Positions 8,938 to 16,775 of a stretch of DNA of 31,766 nucleotides are shown here, piece by piece (position 1 is the first letter of the stretch; each line of letters begins with the position of its first letter). The stretch comes from Candidatus Eiseniibacteriota bacterium (GTDB lineage: Bacteria; Eisenbacteria; RBG-16-71-46). Below the pieces are notes generated by a model that searched no databases, was not told the origin of the DNA, and saw only the letters and a program-made list of their open reading frames with translations. The position numbers and the translations under genes were made by a program. The stretch covers positions 1 through 31,766 of the forward strand of contig JBGPFC010000040.1 in the NCBI GenBank assembly GCA_041483195.1. The letters are read 5' to 3'.

Positions 8938-9711
8938 TTGCGACCCCGACCCCGGACTTCCGCGCGTTCAGTCAGGCGCGCTCCTTCGCGAACGCGGATC
9001 GCGGGCGCCGGCGCGCTGCTGGTCATCGCGTGCGCGGGATGCGCGACCCCCGCGGCACGGCCCATGTCTGACCCGGGCTCCGCTCCCGCGCAGCCGGTGC
9101 GCTTCCTCGCGCTCGGCGATTCCTACACCATCGGCGAGCAGGTGGCGCCCTCCGAGCGCTGGCCCGTTCAGCTCGCCTCGCTGCTCCGCCGGCGCCACCT
9201 GCAGGTCCTCGATCCCGAGATCATCGCGCGCACCGGCTGGACCACGGACGAGCTGAGCGCGGCCATCGCGCAGGCCCCGCCACGCGGGCCCTACCAGCTC
9301 GTCTCCCTGCTCATCGGAGTGAACGACCAGTTCCGGGGCCGCGACGTCGAGTCGTATCGCACGCGATTCGTCGACCTGCTGCGGGAGGCGATCGGTTTCG
9401 CGGGCGGAGATTCGCAGCGCGTGATCGTGCTCTCTATCCCGGACTGGAGCGTGACCCCCTACGCTGCGGATCGCGACCGGGTGCGGATCTCCGGCGAGAT
9501 CGACCTGTTCAACGCGGTGAATCGCGCAGAGACCGCGCGCGCCGGCGCACGCTACGTCGACATCACGTCCCGCTCGCGCGACGTCGAGGAGGATTCGACA
9601 CTCGTGGGCCTCGACGGCCTGCACCCGGTGGGCCGCATGTACGACAGCTGGGCCGCGGCCGCGCTGCCCGCGGCGCTCGCGGCGCTCGGGCTGGGCGGCC
9701 GCGCGCGGTGA
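8938..9711 (+). CDS. SGNH/GDSL hydrolase family protein, probably a lipoprotein
   Basis: Blocks 'FLALGDSYT', 'ARTGWTT', 'LLIGVND', 'DGLHP'; lipobox-like 'ALLVIACAGC' upstream. Start uncertain (TTG 8938 after TAGACT, or ATG 9064). Confidence 0.85.
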   Translation: MRPRPRTSARSVRRAPSRTRIAGAGALLVIACAGCATPAARPMSDPGSAPAQPVRFLALGDSYTIGEQVAPSERWPVQLASLLRRRHLQVLDPEIIARTGWTTDELSAAIAQAPPRGPYQLVSLLIGVNDQFRGRDVESYRTRFVDLLREAIGFAGGDSQRVIVLSIPDWSVTPYAADRDRVRISGEIDLFNAVNRAETARAGARYVDITSRSRDVEEDSTLVGLDGLHPVGRMYDSWAAAALPAALAALGLGGRAR

Positions 9712-9792
9712 GCGAGCAGCGGTGAGGCCGTGCCTCGCGCCGCCCCGGCGGGCCGCGTCGCGCGTTTCGTTTCAGGGAGGAATGACGCAATC

Positions 9793-10458
9793 ATGAGAAG
9801 AATCGACCCGATCGCCTCGATCACCGTCGTCGCGCTCGCCGTCGCGCTCGCCGTCGCGCTCGCCGCGCCGGCCTCGCGCGCCGCTTCGAAGCCCGCGCCG
9901 GAGAGCGCGCCCCGGCCGGTGCGCGGCGCGGCCGCCGACAGCGGGATGCCACCACAGCTCGCGGAGGAGATCGGCAAGTACGCCGACCCCGGACCGCAAC
10001 ACGCCGACCTCGCGTACTTCGTCGGCCATTGGACCTCGACGACCCGGGTGTGGGCGGAGCCTGGCTCGAAGCCCGTCGAGTTTCCGGGAAGCGCCGAATA
10101 CAGCCTGATTCTCGGCGGTCGCTTCCTGCAGCTCGACAGCCGCGCCACGGTCGGCGGGGTCGAGGGACATGGCCTCGGGCTCTACGGCTACGACCGTTTC
10201 AAGGAGAAATATTCCTTCTACTATCTGCACGACGCGGACACGCAGGCGCTGGTCGGGCTCGGCGATCGGGACTCGACCGGCACCGGGATCGCGTTCGAGG
10301 TCGCGATGGACATGCCCGCGAGCGGGGAGCACGCGAAGCCGATCCGCGCGGTGTTGCGGCGGCTCGGTCCCGACCGGCACGTGTTCCAGATGTTCGAGAA
10401 ATATCTCGACGGCCGCGACTGGAAGGTGCTGGAGATCACGTTCGACCGCGTGAAGTAG
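9793..10458 (+). CDS. Secreted DUF1579-like protein
   Basis: Signal peptide; 'PGPQHADLAYFVGHW', 'ILGGRFLQ', 'GLGLYGYDRFKEKY', C-terminal 'LEITFDR'; GGGAGG at 9775-9780. Confidence 0.8.
   Translation: MRRIDPIASITVVALAVALAVALAAPASRAASKPAPESAPRPVRGAAADSGMPPQLAEEIGKYADPGPQHADLAYFVGHWTSTTRVWAEPGSKPVEFPGSAEYSLILGGRFLQLDSRATVGGVEGHGLGLYGYDRFKEKYSFYYLHDADTQALVGLGDRDSTGTGIAFEVAMDMPASGEHAKPIRAVLRRLGPDRHVFQMFEKYLDGRDWKVLEITFDRVK
9829..9864 (+). repeat. Tandem 12-bp repeat (GTCGCGCTCGCC)x3 encoding VALA x3 in the signal peptide
   Basis: Three perfect copies at 9829, 9841 and 9853. Confidence 0.9.
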
Positions 10459-10473
10459 CCCGCGGCAACGAAG

Positions 10474-10517
10474 GCAGCACGAAGCCCCACGGGAGGAGAC
10501 CCGCGGGGCTTCGCTGC
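10474..10517. terminator. Long hairpin between convergent genes (possible bidirectional terminator)
   Basis: GCAGCACGAAGCCCCACGGG-aggaga-CCCGCGGGGCTTCGCTGC, imperfect stem. Confidence 0.55.
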
Positions 10518-10567
10518 TTGCATCGTGTCGCGGCGCGTGACGGCGCCGCGTCAAGCTGACGTGTGGA

Positions 10568-11707
10568 TCACGCCATGGGATCGACCGCCGCCCTTCTGCG
10601 GGTCACGAACCAGAGTCCCGCGCCGATCAGCGCGAGCACCAGACCCGCCATGCTCCACGGCCCGGCGCCGGGGATGACGTTGCAGTACTCGTCCCGCCCG
10701 TCGTTGTTCAGATCGCCGAGGCAGAGCGTGCCCGCTCCGTGATAGTTGCCGCCCAGCCCGTTGGCCTGGGTCGGCGTGGTGATGATGCAGGACCCATCGG
10801 GCAGGCAGGTCGCGCCCTCCTGGCCGTCGGGAGAGGGCTGCTGATACTGCGGCGGGATCACGCCGTGCGCGGCGAGCAGCGCCATCTCCTCGGTCATGGT
10901 CTTGCCGTGGCCGTGCGACGGGGTCTCGCAGGTGGCCCCGACGGCGCGGAACCCGGCTACGAAATTGCTGCTCGGCCCGATCGTGATCATCGGCGTGATC
11001 GGGTTCCGGTCGTTGTCGTAGAGAATCCCGCCTGGCGACGTCGCGATGAAGAACCCGGTGCCGAGCGAGCTGTACGTCCAGTGGCCGTTGGTCACCGCCG
11101 TCGAGAATTGAATCGGCAGGCCGGTGTCGAGGGTGCGCACGTTCAGCGGGAAGCCCACCTGGGTGAAGATGAGCTTCGGCTTGACCGGCAGCGTCGAGCT
11201 AAAGGTCCCGCCCTCCAGGTGGGTCTTGTTGACGGTCATGGTGCCCGGATCCTGAGGCACGCTCGAGAGCACGACCGCCACGTTCCACGCCTGCGGCGTG
11301 AGACCGCCGTTGTAAGTCACGGTGATCGGATTCACGCTCACCAGATTGAGCGCGATGATCTCGATCGGGACGGGGGCCGAGCTTCCGCAGCCGGGAAGCA
11401 GCGCCGGCGCATTCCGCCGAATCACCGTGTCGGTCGGACCGAGCGGTCCGCCGATCGGGGAGCCGATGAAATCGATTCGGCCGATGAACGGATCGGAGCC
11501 GGGCCCGAAGAAGTTGTTCGGGATCGGCAGGCCGCTGAAGTCCTGGTACGACGTGCCGAGCGGCGTGCTGAACAAGTCCACGCCGGGCGCCACGTCCTGG
11601 GCGGCGGCCGGAATTGCGGCGAGCATCGCGGATACGGCGAGCGCTGCCACGATCACGGCGCGAAGCGGCATCATGTGACGGGGGGCCTGATCACATCTGC
11701 TGCGCAT
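10568..11707 (-). CDS. Secreted Pro/Gly-rich surface protein with an IPTL-CTERM-like C-terminal sorting signal
   Basis: SD GGAGGAG before ATG 11705-11707; signal peptide ending 'IPAAA|Q'; Cys-rich module (CLPDGSC...CLGDLNNDGRDEYC); tail 'VIPGAGPWSMAGLVLALIGAGLWFVTRRRAAVDPMA'. Confidence 0.82.
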   Translation of the reverse strand: MRSRCDQAPRHMMPLRAVIVAALAVSAMLAAIPAAAQDVAPGVDLFSTPLGTSYQDFSGLPIPNNFFGPGSDPFIGRIDFIGSPIGGPLGPTDTVIRRNAPALLPGCGSSAPVPIEIIALNLVSVNPITVTYNGGLTPQAWNVAVVLSSVPQDPGTMTVNKTHLEGGTFSSTLPVKPKLIFTQVGFPLNVRTLDTGLPIQFSTAVTNGHWTYSSLGTGFFIATSPGGILYDNDRNPITPMITIGPSSNFVAGFRAVGATCETPSHGHGKTMTEEMALLAAHGVIPPQYQQPSPDGQEGATCLPDGSCIITTPTQANGLGGNYHGAGTLCLGDLNNDGRDEYCNVIPGAGPWSMAGLVLALIGAGLWFVTRRRAAVDPMA

Positions 11708-11990
11708 GGGGTCTCCTCCCTGCGGCAATCGAGAGTCGCGGCGCCCTCCGGCGATCGAGGCACTCGATCCAGACGAATGACACTGGGCTCGGAGAACCGG
11801 GCGGCCGCCCCGCGTGTGGTCCGAATGATGGCTGCCTACAGGGCGAATGCTGCGGCGCTCCCGACGCCGCTCGGGAGAAACGGCAGCGTCGCGGTCGAGG
11901 GATCGGCTAACCCTCGCGGCAATGCTATTCCCGCCCGCGCGCGCTTGTCACCTGGAATCTGCGCCAGGCGCCGCGTCACACCGCGTCATG

Positions 11991-12096
11991 TGCGGCAGAA
12001 TGCAGCAGTCGCGGATCCCGCCCCGAACGCGTTGAGGGGCGGGCGGTACGGGGTGCGCTCGGAGGGCTACGCCGCGGGGTGCTGCATTCCGCCGCA
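11991..12096. promoter_or_regulatory. Two 17-bp imperfect palindromes in inverted orientation (possible sigma54 activator binding sites)
   Basis: TGCGGCAGAATGCAGCA (11991-12007) and TGCTGCATTCCGCCGCA (12080-12096), 16/17 complementary; each fits TGCnGCA-N3-TGCnGCA with at most one mismatch. Confidence 0.45.
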
Positions 12097-12194
12097 GCTT
12101 CGATCGGAGGCTGGCTCGGCCACGCCTCGCGTCGCGACGGCTCAAGCTGGTGCGGGCGCAGGCCTTCGACCACCGCGCGCATCGCCGCGCCGCG

Positions 12195-12210
12195 TGGCAC
12201 GTCGCTTGAT
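12195..12210 (+). promoter_or_regulatory. Putative sigma54 (-24/-12) promoter for the 12307 gene
   Basis: TGGCACGtcgcTTGAT against consensus TGGCACG-N4-TTGCW; the -12 element reads GA instead of GC. Confidence 0.5.
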
Positions 12211-12306
12211 TAGCGATGACGTGGGGACGCGCCGGTGCGCGTCTCACGTAGCCGAACTCCCGGCGGAATCCCGCCGGCCGCGCAGCCTTCGACAGGGGGT
12301 TCTCAC

Positions 12307-12804
12307 ATGGCAACCCGGAACATGCTTCGGATCTGCGTCCTCACCGCCGCGCTGGTGGTCGCCTTCGTCGGGCCGCGGAACGCGTCCGCCGCCGCGCCGG
12401 CAAACTACAACGTCTCGGTCGCGGCGGTCGTGCCGAATGGGCTCGCCCCGAACGACCTGCACCTGATCTTCACGGGGACCGGCGGCACCATCAAGAACGA
12501 AGTGCTGGTCAGCCCCGCCGGCCAGATCCAGGTGAACAACGGCGATCAGGTCGACATCACCCTGAACGCGAAGGCCGCGGCGGGCGACACCATCAAGATC
12601 AAGTTCACATCGCAGCACCCCGAGGTGGCGTTCGACAGCGGCACCTGGACGAACGATAACAACCCGATCGGCACGGTCGACGCGCAGGCGGTGACCACGG
12701 TCGTGGTGCCCGGGGCCTCGTCCGCGACGCTGATCGCGCTCGCGGCGCTCATGCTGGGCGCCGGCGCGCTCGCGCTCCGTCGCCGCCGGGATCAGATGGC
12801 GTGA
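12307..12804 (+). CDS. Small secreted beta-rich protein with an IPTL-CTERM-like C-terminal sorting signal
   Basis: Signal peptide 'MATRNMLRICVLTAALVVAFVGPRNASA'; tail 'VVPGASSATLIALAALMLGAGALALRRRRDQMA'; strong C/G third-position bias. Confidence 0.82.
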   Translation: MATRNMLRICVLTAALVVAFVGPRNASAAAPANYNVSVAAVVPNGLAPNDLHLIFTGTGGTIKNEVLVSPAGQIQVNNGDQVDITLNAKAAAGDTIKIKFTSQHPEVAFDSGTWTNDNNPIGTVDAQAVTTVVVPGASSATLIALAALMLGAGALALRRRRDQMA

Positions 12805-12836
12805 TCCTCGAGCCCTGGTAGCGTCAGGGCCGCACG

Positions 12837-12865
12837 CGGGGCCGGCTCGATGTGAGCCGGCCCCG
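12837..12865. terminator. Hairpin downstream of the 12307 gene
   Basis: CGGGGCCGGCTC-gatgt-GAGCCGGCCCCG, perfect 12-bp stem. Confidence 0.55.
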
Positions 12866-12927
12866 TCGTCATGCGTCGCGTGAGGGACCGGCCCACCGCG
12901 GGCACATTCCTCGCAGCACAACCTACT

Positions 12928-12936
12928 TGCTATACT
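12928..12936 (+). promoter_or_regulatory. Extended -10 element (TGcTATACT)
   Basis: Matches TGnTATAAT with one mismatch, ~100 nt upstream of the acyltransferase start. Confidence 0.5.
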
Positions 12937-13038
12937 CGTGCGCCGCGCCGGGATCGGTGGGCCGCCACGAAAGCTCCATCGCGCTCGGAAACGGTTCTCG
13001 CGGGAAGCCGCGCTTCCGCCCGCACGATGGAGTCCCGC

Positions 13039-13575
13039 ATGAGGATCTACTTCGAGCTGATCGTCATGAAGATCCGCAGGAAGATCTTCATGCTCATGCC
13101 GAACGCCCTCCGCATCCGCATGCTGCGCTCGGATGGCGTGAAGATCGGCCGGGACTGCCTCGTGCACACGCCATACTTCTCCACAGAGCCCTACCTGATC
13201 CAGATCGGGGATCACGTTGCGATCTCCTCCGGCACCGAGTTCATCACCCACGACGCATCGGGCTGGCTCTTCCCGGATCACCCCGACCTGGGGCTGTTCG
13301 GGACCATCACGGTCGGCAACAACGTCTACTTCGGCGTGAAATGCATGATCCTTCCCGGCACGACCATCGGCTCGAATTGCGTCATCGGCGCGGGATCCCT
13401 GGTGCGGGGCGTGTTCCCCGACGACTCGGTCGTCATGGGGAACCCGGCCCGCGTCATCATGAAGACTCCGCTCCTGAAGCAGATGCTCGTGAACAGCAGG
13501 GGCCGGTTCGACACGCATCTGCTGAGCTCGAAGGAAAAGCGGCGGGTGCTCAGCCGCCATTTCGGCCTGGAATGA
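13039..13575 (+). CDS. Hexapeptide-repeat (left-handed beta-helix) acyltransferase, sugar O-acetyltransferase-like
   Basis: 'GVKIGRDCLV', 'EPYLIQIGDHVAIS...FITHD', 'ITVGNNVYFG...ILPGTTIGSNCVIGAGSLV...GNPARVI'; GGAG 6 nt before the ATG. Confidence 0.9.
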   Translation: MRIYFELIVMKIRRKIFMLMPNALRIRMLRSDGVKIGRDCLVHTPYFSTEPYLIQIGDHVAISSGTEFITHDASGWLFPDHPDLGLFGTITVGNNVYFGVKCMILPGTTIGSNCVIGAGSLVRGVFPDDSVVMGNPARVIMKTPLLKQMLVNSRGRFDTHLLSSKEKRRVLSRHFGLE

Positions 13576-13597
13576 TTCTCGAAGGGAGCGCTCGCGC

Positions 13598-13840
13598 TTG
13601 GACACGCTGAGGGAAGTGCACGACTACCTGCTGGCGGAGTTCAAGGTGAAGCAGGGCTCCATCGCGCCCACCGAGAACCTGTTGGGGCGCGGCATCATCG
13701 ATTCCATGGGCCTGCTCAAGCTGGTCGGGTTCCTCGAGCAGCGCTACGGTTTCGAGACCACCGAGGAGGACATGCTCCCGGAGAACTTCGCGACCCTCGA
13801 GAAGATCCGGGACTTCGTCGAGCGGAAGCGCAAGCCCTGA
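13598..13840 (+). CDS. Acyl/aminoacyl carrier protein (phosphopantetheine-binding)
   Basis: 80 aa; 'GIIDSMGLLKLVGFLEQRYG' with the pantetheinylation Ser and 'ENFATLEKI'; SD AAGGGAG before the TTG. Confidence 0.9.
   Translation: MDTLREVHDYLLAEFKVKQGSIAPTENLLGRGIIDSMGLLKLVGFLEQRYGFETTEEDMLPENFATLEKIRDFVERKRKP
13789..13839 (+). repeat. Direct repeat copy 1 (3' end of the ACP gene)
   Basis: 46/51 nt identical to 14736-14786. Confidence 0.9.
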
Positions 13841-13915
13841 GACCGGGCCCGAGCGGCGTCCGATCCGCCGCTCCGGTCGAATCGCCGACCCGCCCGCGGT
13901 CAATTTTGGAAGCCC

Positions 13916-13944
13916 TTGTCCGCGTCCCGCTCGGTCCGTAGAAT
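13916..13944 (+). promoter_or_regulatory. sigma70-type promoter TTGTCC-N17-TAGAAT
   Basis: Exact 17-nt spacing; SD GGAGG at 13971-13975 and GTG at 13982 follow. Confidence 0.65.
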
Positions 13945-13981
13945 TGTCGAACGGCCCCCTGCTCAACCTCGGAGGACAGGC

Positions 13982-14701
13982 GTGCGAACGCTGGTCGCGA
14001 TGCTGCTGCTCTCACTGCTGGCCGCGGCGCCTGCCGGGGGCGCGGAGTTGCGGCTGCGCTGGGGAGCCTGCGGCGCGAACGGCGCGACCACACGCGGGTT
14101 CGCGTGTGACCGCAACGTCGGGGCCGACACGCTGGTGGCCTCCGTGGTCTCGGCCGGCGATATCATCACCACGCCCGGCATCGACGTGATGCTCGCCATC
14201 TTCACGCCGGTGAACCAGGGGCCGTTCCCCTCGTGGTGGATGATGACGGGGCCGGCCGACTGCCGGTGGACGACGCTCACCACCGAGCCGATGGTGCAGG
14301 CGGACGGCGGCTGCCAGCCGTTCTTCGAAAGCACCCAGAGCTTCTCGCCGAGCATCGTCCCGACCCCGTGGGACTTCGACCACGCGGGCGTGTGGACCTT
14401 GCGCATGCCGGTGCACATCCCCGGGTCAGCTCGCGAGTTCGTGCTCTGTCCGGCCGGCACGGAGTACGGCCTCGCGCGCTTCATCGTCGGTCACAACCTG
14501 ACGACGGGGCCCGGCGCGTGCTCGGGGTGCGGTCAGCCGATGTCGATCACCTTCAGCGGGCTCTGGTTCCTGAACGAGGCCGGCACGCGCTATGGCTCGT
14601 TCCCCATCGGCCCGTCCGCCGCCTCCACGGTGACGTGGAACCCCTCACCCACGCCGGCGCACCCCACGACCTGGGGCGCCATCAAGTCGCTCTATCGGTG
14701 A
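13982..14701 (+). CDS. Secreted Cys-containing protein with a C-terminal 'TTWGAIKSLYR' motif
   Basis: Signal peptide 'MRTLVAMLLLSLLAAAPAGGA'; several Cys (WGAC, FACDRN, GACSGC); Pro/Thr linker then TWGxIKxLYR at the extreme C-terminus. Confidence 0.85.
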   Translation: MRTLVAMLLLSLLAAAPAGGAELRLRWGACGANGATTRGFACDRNVGADTLVASVVSAGDIITTPGIDVMLAIFTPVNQGPFPSWWMMTGPADCRWTTLTTEPMVQADGGCQPFFESTQSFSPSIVPTPWDFDHAGVWTLRMPVHIPGSAREFVLCPAGTEYGLARFIVGHNLTTGPGACSGCGQPMSITFSGLWFLNEAGTRYGSFPIGPSAASTVTWNPSPTPAHPTTWGAIKSLYR

Positions 14702-14735
14702 GGCGCCCCCGCGGGGACGGACTTCTCTTCCAGCC

Positions 14736-14786
14736 CGCGACCCTGGAGAAGATCCGGGACTTCGTCGAGAGCAAGCGCAGGCCGTG
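14736..14786 (+). repeat. Direct repeat copy 2: orphan fragment of an ACP 3' end (ATLEKIRDFVESKRRP)
   Basis: Non-genic copy of 13789-13839 with 5 substitutions; the TGA position reads TGG. Confidence 0.9.
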
Positions 14787-14834
14787 GCCCTGGCTGGCAC
14801 GGCCCAGGGTGCCCCGGCCTGGCGGCGTTTCAAG

Positions 14835-16544
14835 TCATCTCAGCAGCAGCACGCGGGCGCTCGCCTCAAAGTCCGACCCGGTCACGTGCACCATGTAGAT
14901 CCCGGGCGCACTCACCCGGCCATCATCCGATCGGCCGTCCCATACCAGCGTAACCAAACCGTTGGCGGGAGCGACCAGGATGCGTCGGATGCGACGGCCC
15001 CTGACGTCGAAGATCTCGAGGGCCGCTGGTGTTTCCTGTGGGAGGCGCAACGTGAGTCGAACGCTACCCTCGAACGGATTGGGCCACGCGTCGATCTCGC
15101 TCGGGAGGCCTTCCGGGCTCCTGCTCCCGACGGCGGTATTCGGCTCGTGGGTCTCGGACGCGTCGATGACGGCCACGCCGCCGACGCCATAGTCGGAGGA
15201 TGGGAAGGAAGGATCCAGATAGAAGTCGTCGTCCGTCGCGAGCGCGATGCTCGCCGCGGGGGAGTCGAAGTCGAAGCGCACGGCAAGGATGGAATCGCTT
15301 TGCAGCATCGGGAACAGCAGATCGAGTACCGGGTCGGAGAGAGGAACTTTGTATGAGGCCCCGAGCGGGTTTCCAGTCAGCAGCATGCCCCCGACGGGTA
15401 CGTTGTCAGCGTAGATCGAAACCGACGAGGGGCCGCCATTCTCCATGGCGGTGGTGAACCGGAGGAACGGTTGCATCCGGCGATGAAGCGTCGGCTCGTC
15501 AGCCCAGGTGCCGCCCCCGGTGCGCGGAACCTCCTCCTTCCACAGGGCGAACAGCGTGGAATCTATCTCCACACCGACGGTCGCGGTGGGATAGGTAATC
15601 AGCCGGCCGTCGCCGGGGATGCCCGGCGTGTGACCCGGCAGGTAGGCCACGGTTAGCTCCTGGTACGTTCCGTGCGCGTCAATGAAGACGTAGGCCTTCT
15701 CCTCGCCGGGATGCTCCTGCAGCTGGGTGCTCATGGCATCCAGCGCGTCCTTGAGCCCCTGCTCCGTGGCGTTGCCGTCCACGTCGCCGGTGCCGGAATC
15801 CGTATCCCGGAGGTAGTTGATGTCGGCGTTGCCGTAGCCGGCCCCCTTCAATCCGTCAAAGACCGCCTGCGTGATCGCTTCTCCGAAGTCGGTGGGCTGC
15901 GAAAAAACAATGGCGTGGTTGGAGGTGGTTCCGCCGTGCACCGTCATGTCGTTGGCGGTGGCTCCCGACGAATCGTACCGCGGCTCTTGTTCGGGGTGAT
16001 CATTCTTGTCCCTGGCCGCGGCGTGGAGATCCTTGTTGCTGGTGTTGGGAGCGTCCTTGAGCTTCTTCGCGTACTGCGCAGCATAGCCGTAGTAGTAGCG
16101 ATCGCCCTGGTGAAGACCTGGGTTTCCATGATCAGGAATGTCCACGTCGCCGGTCGTACCGCCCTCGTTGGCGGGGTGGGTTGCGTCGGATGCCGTCGAG
16201 CACGACCAGTTTCCGCCCAAACCCTTGGTGGCGTCCTTGCAGCGGTCCACGAATTCCCCGGAAAAGCAGGAGTCGACAATGATCTCCAGGTCCTGGTAGT
16301 GGGGGCCCAGCTTCTCCTTGAGCATCTTGACGAACGCCGACGAACTGATCACCTTGCCGTCCGACGTCGCGAAGCCGCTCTGCTTTTCTTTCTTCTCGTC
16401 CTGAGCGCGCGCAACGCCTAAGCCGGCGATCACGGCGAGCAGGACGGCAGCAACGAGAATCAGCGGGCGAAGGAGCTCGATGCGAAACCGTGAAGCACTC
16501 CGGCCCGAGGAACAGGCCCCTGCCGAATCGCGAGACGTGATCAT
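14835..16544 (-). CDS. Secreted protein: caspase-fold (clan CD) peptidase-like domain, apparently circularly permuted, plus C-terminal FlgD-Ig (T9SS-CTD-like) domain
   Basis: Signal peptide ending 'GVARA|Q'; 'LEIIVDSCFSGEF' (Cys93) and 'AYVFIDAHG' (His291); tail 'AWPNPF...LEIFDVRGRRIRRI...VWDGRSDDGRVSAPGIYMV'. Confidence 0.78.
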   Translation of the reverse strand: MITSRDSAGACSSGRSASRFRIELLRPLILVAAVLLAVIAGLGVARAQDEKKEKQSGFATSDGKVISSSAFVKMLKEKLGPHYQDLEIIVDSCFSGEFVDRCKDATKGLGGNWSCSTASDATHPANEGGTTGDVDIPDHGNPGLHQGDRYYYGYAAQYAKKLKDAPNTSNKDLHAAARDKNDHPEQEPRYDSSGATANDMTVHGGTTSNHAIVFSQPTDFGEAITQAVFDGLKGAGYGNADINYLRDTDSGTGDVDGNATEQGLKDALDAMSTQLQEHPGEEKAYVFIDAHGTYQELTVAYLPGHTPGIPGDGRLITYPTATVGVEIDSTLFALWKEEVPRTGGGTWADEPTLHRRMQPFLRFTTAMENGGPSSVSIYADNVPVGGMLLTGNPLGASYKVPLSDPVLDLLFPMLQSDSILAVRFDFDSPAASIALATDDDFYLDPSFPSSDYGVGGVAVIDASETHEPNTAVGSRSPEGLPSEIDAWPNPFEGSVRLTLRLPQETPAALEIFDVRGRRIRRILVAPANGLVTLVWDGRSDDGRVSAPGIYMVHVTGSDFEASARVLLLR

Positions 16545-16775
16545 GGCGGCCTTCTTTCGGGGTTGGCGGGCGTCTCGCCTGGACGTTCCTCCGCGGCGCC
16601 CGAAGCGGCTGCGTTGGGAGGCTCCGTCCTCGCACGCTCGTCCGGATGCGGCGGCTCCAAGACTAGAGAGAAGGCTACGCTCGCCCCTATTGCCCCGACA
16701 ACGGATTTATCGAACTCGCCAGACCTGGCCGATGGGCCACGACTCGCCGAGTGCCGCGCGGTGAGTCTTCGCGCG

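Noticed and set aside
10739..13605. 575-aa (+) and 453-aa (-) ORFs spanning the sorted-protein and acyltransferase genes
   Set aside because: Antisense to genes with clear signals and motifs; no coding features of their own.
13841..14735. Integron cassette or IS element
   Set aside because: No attC-like RYYYAAC/GTTRRRY ends, terminal inverted repeats, integrase or transposase seen.
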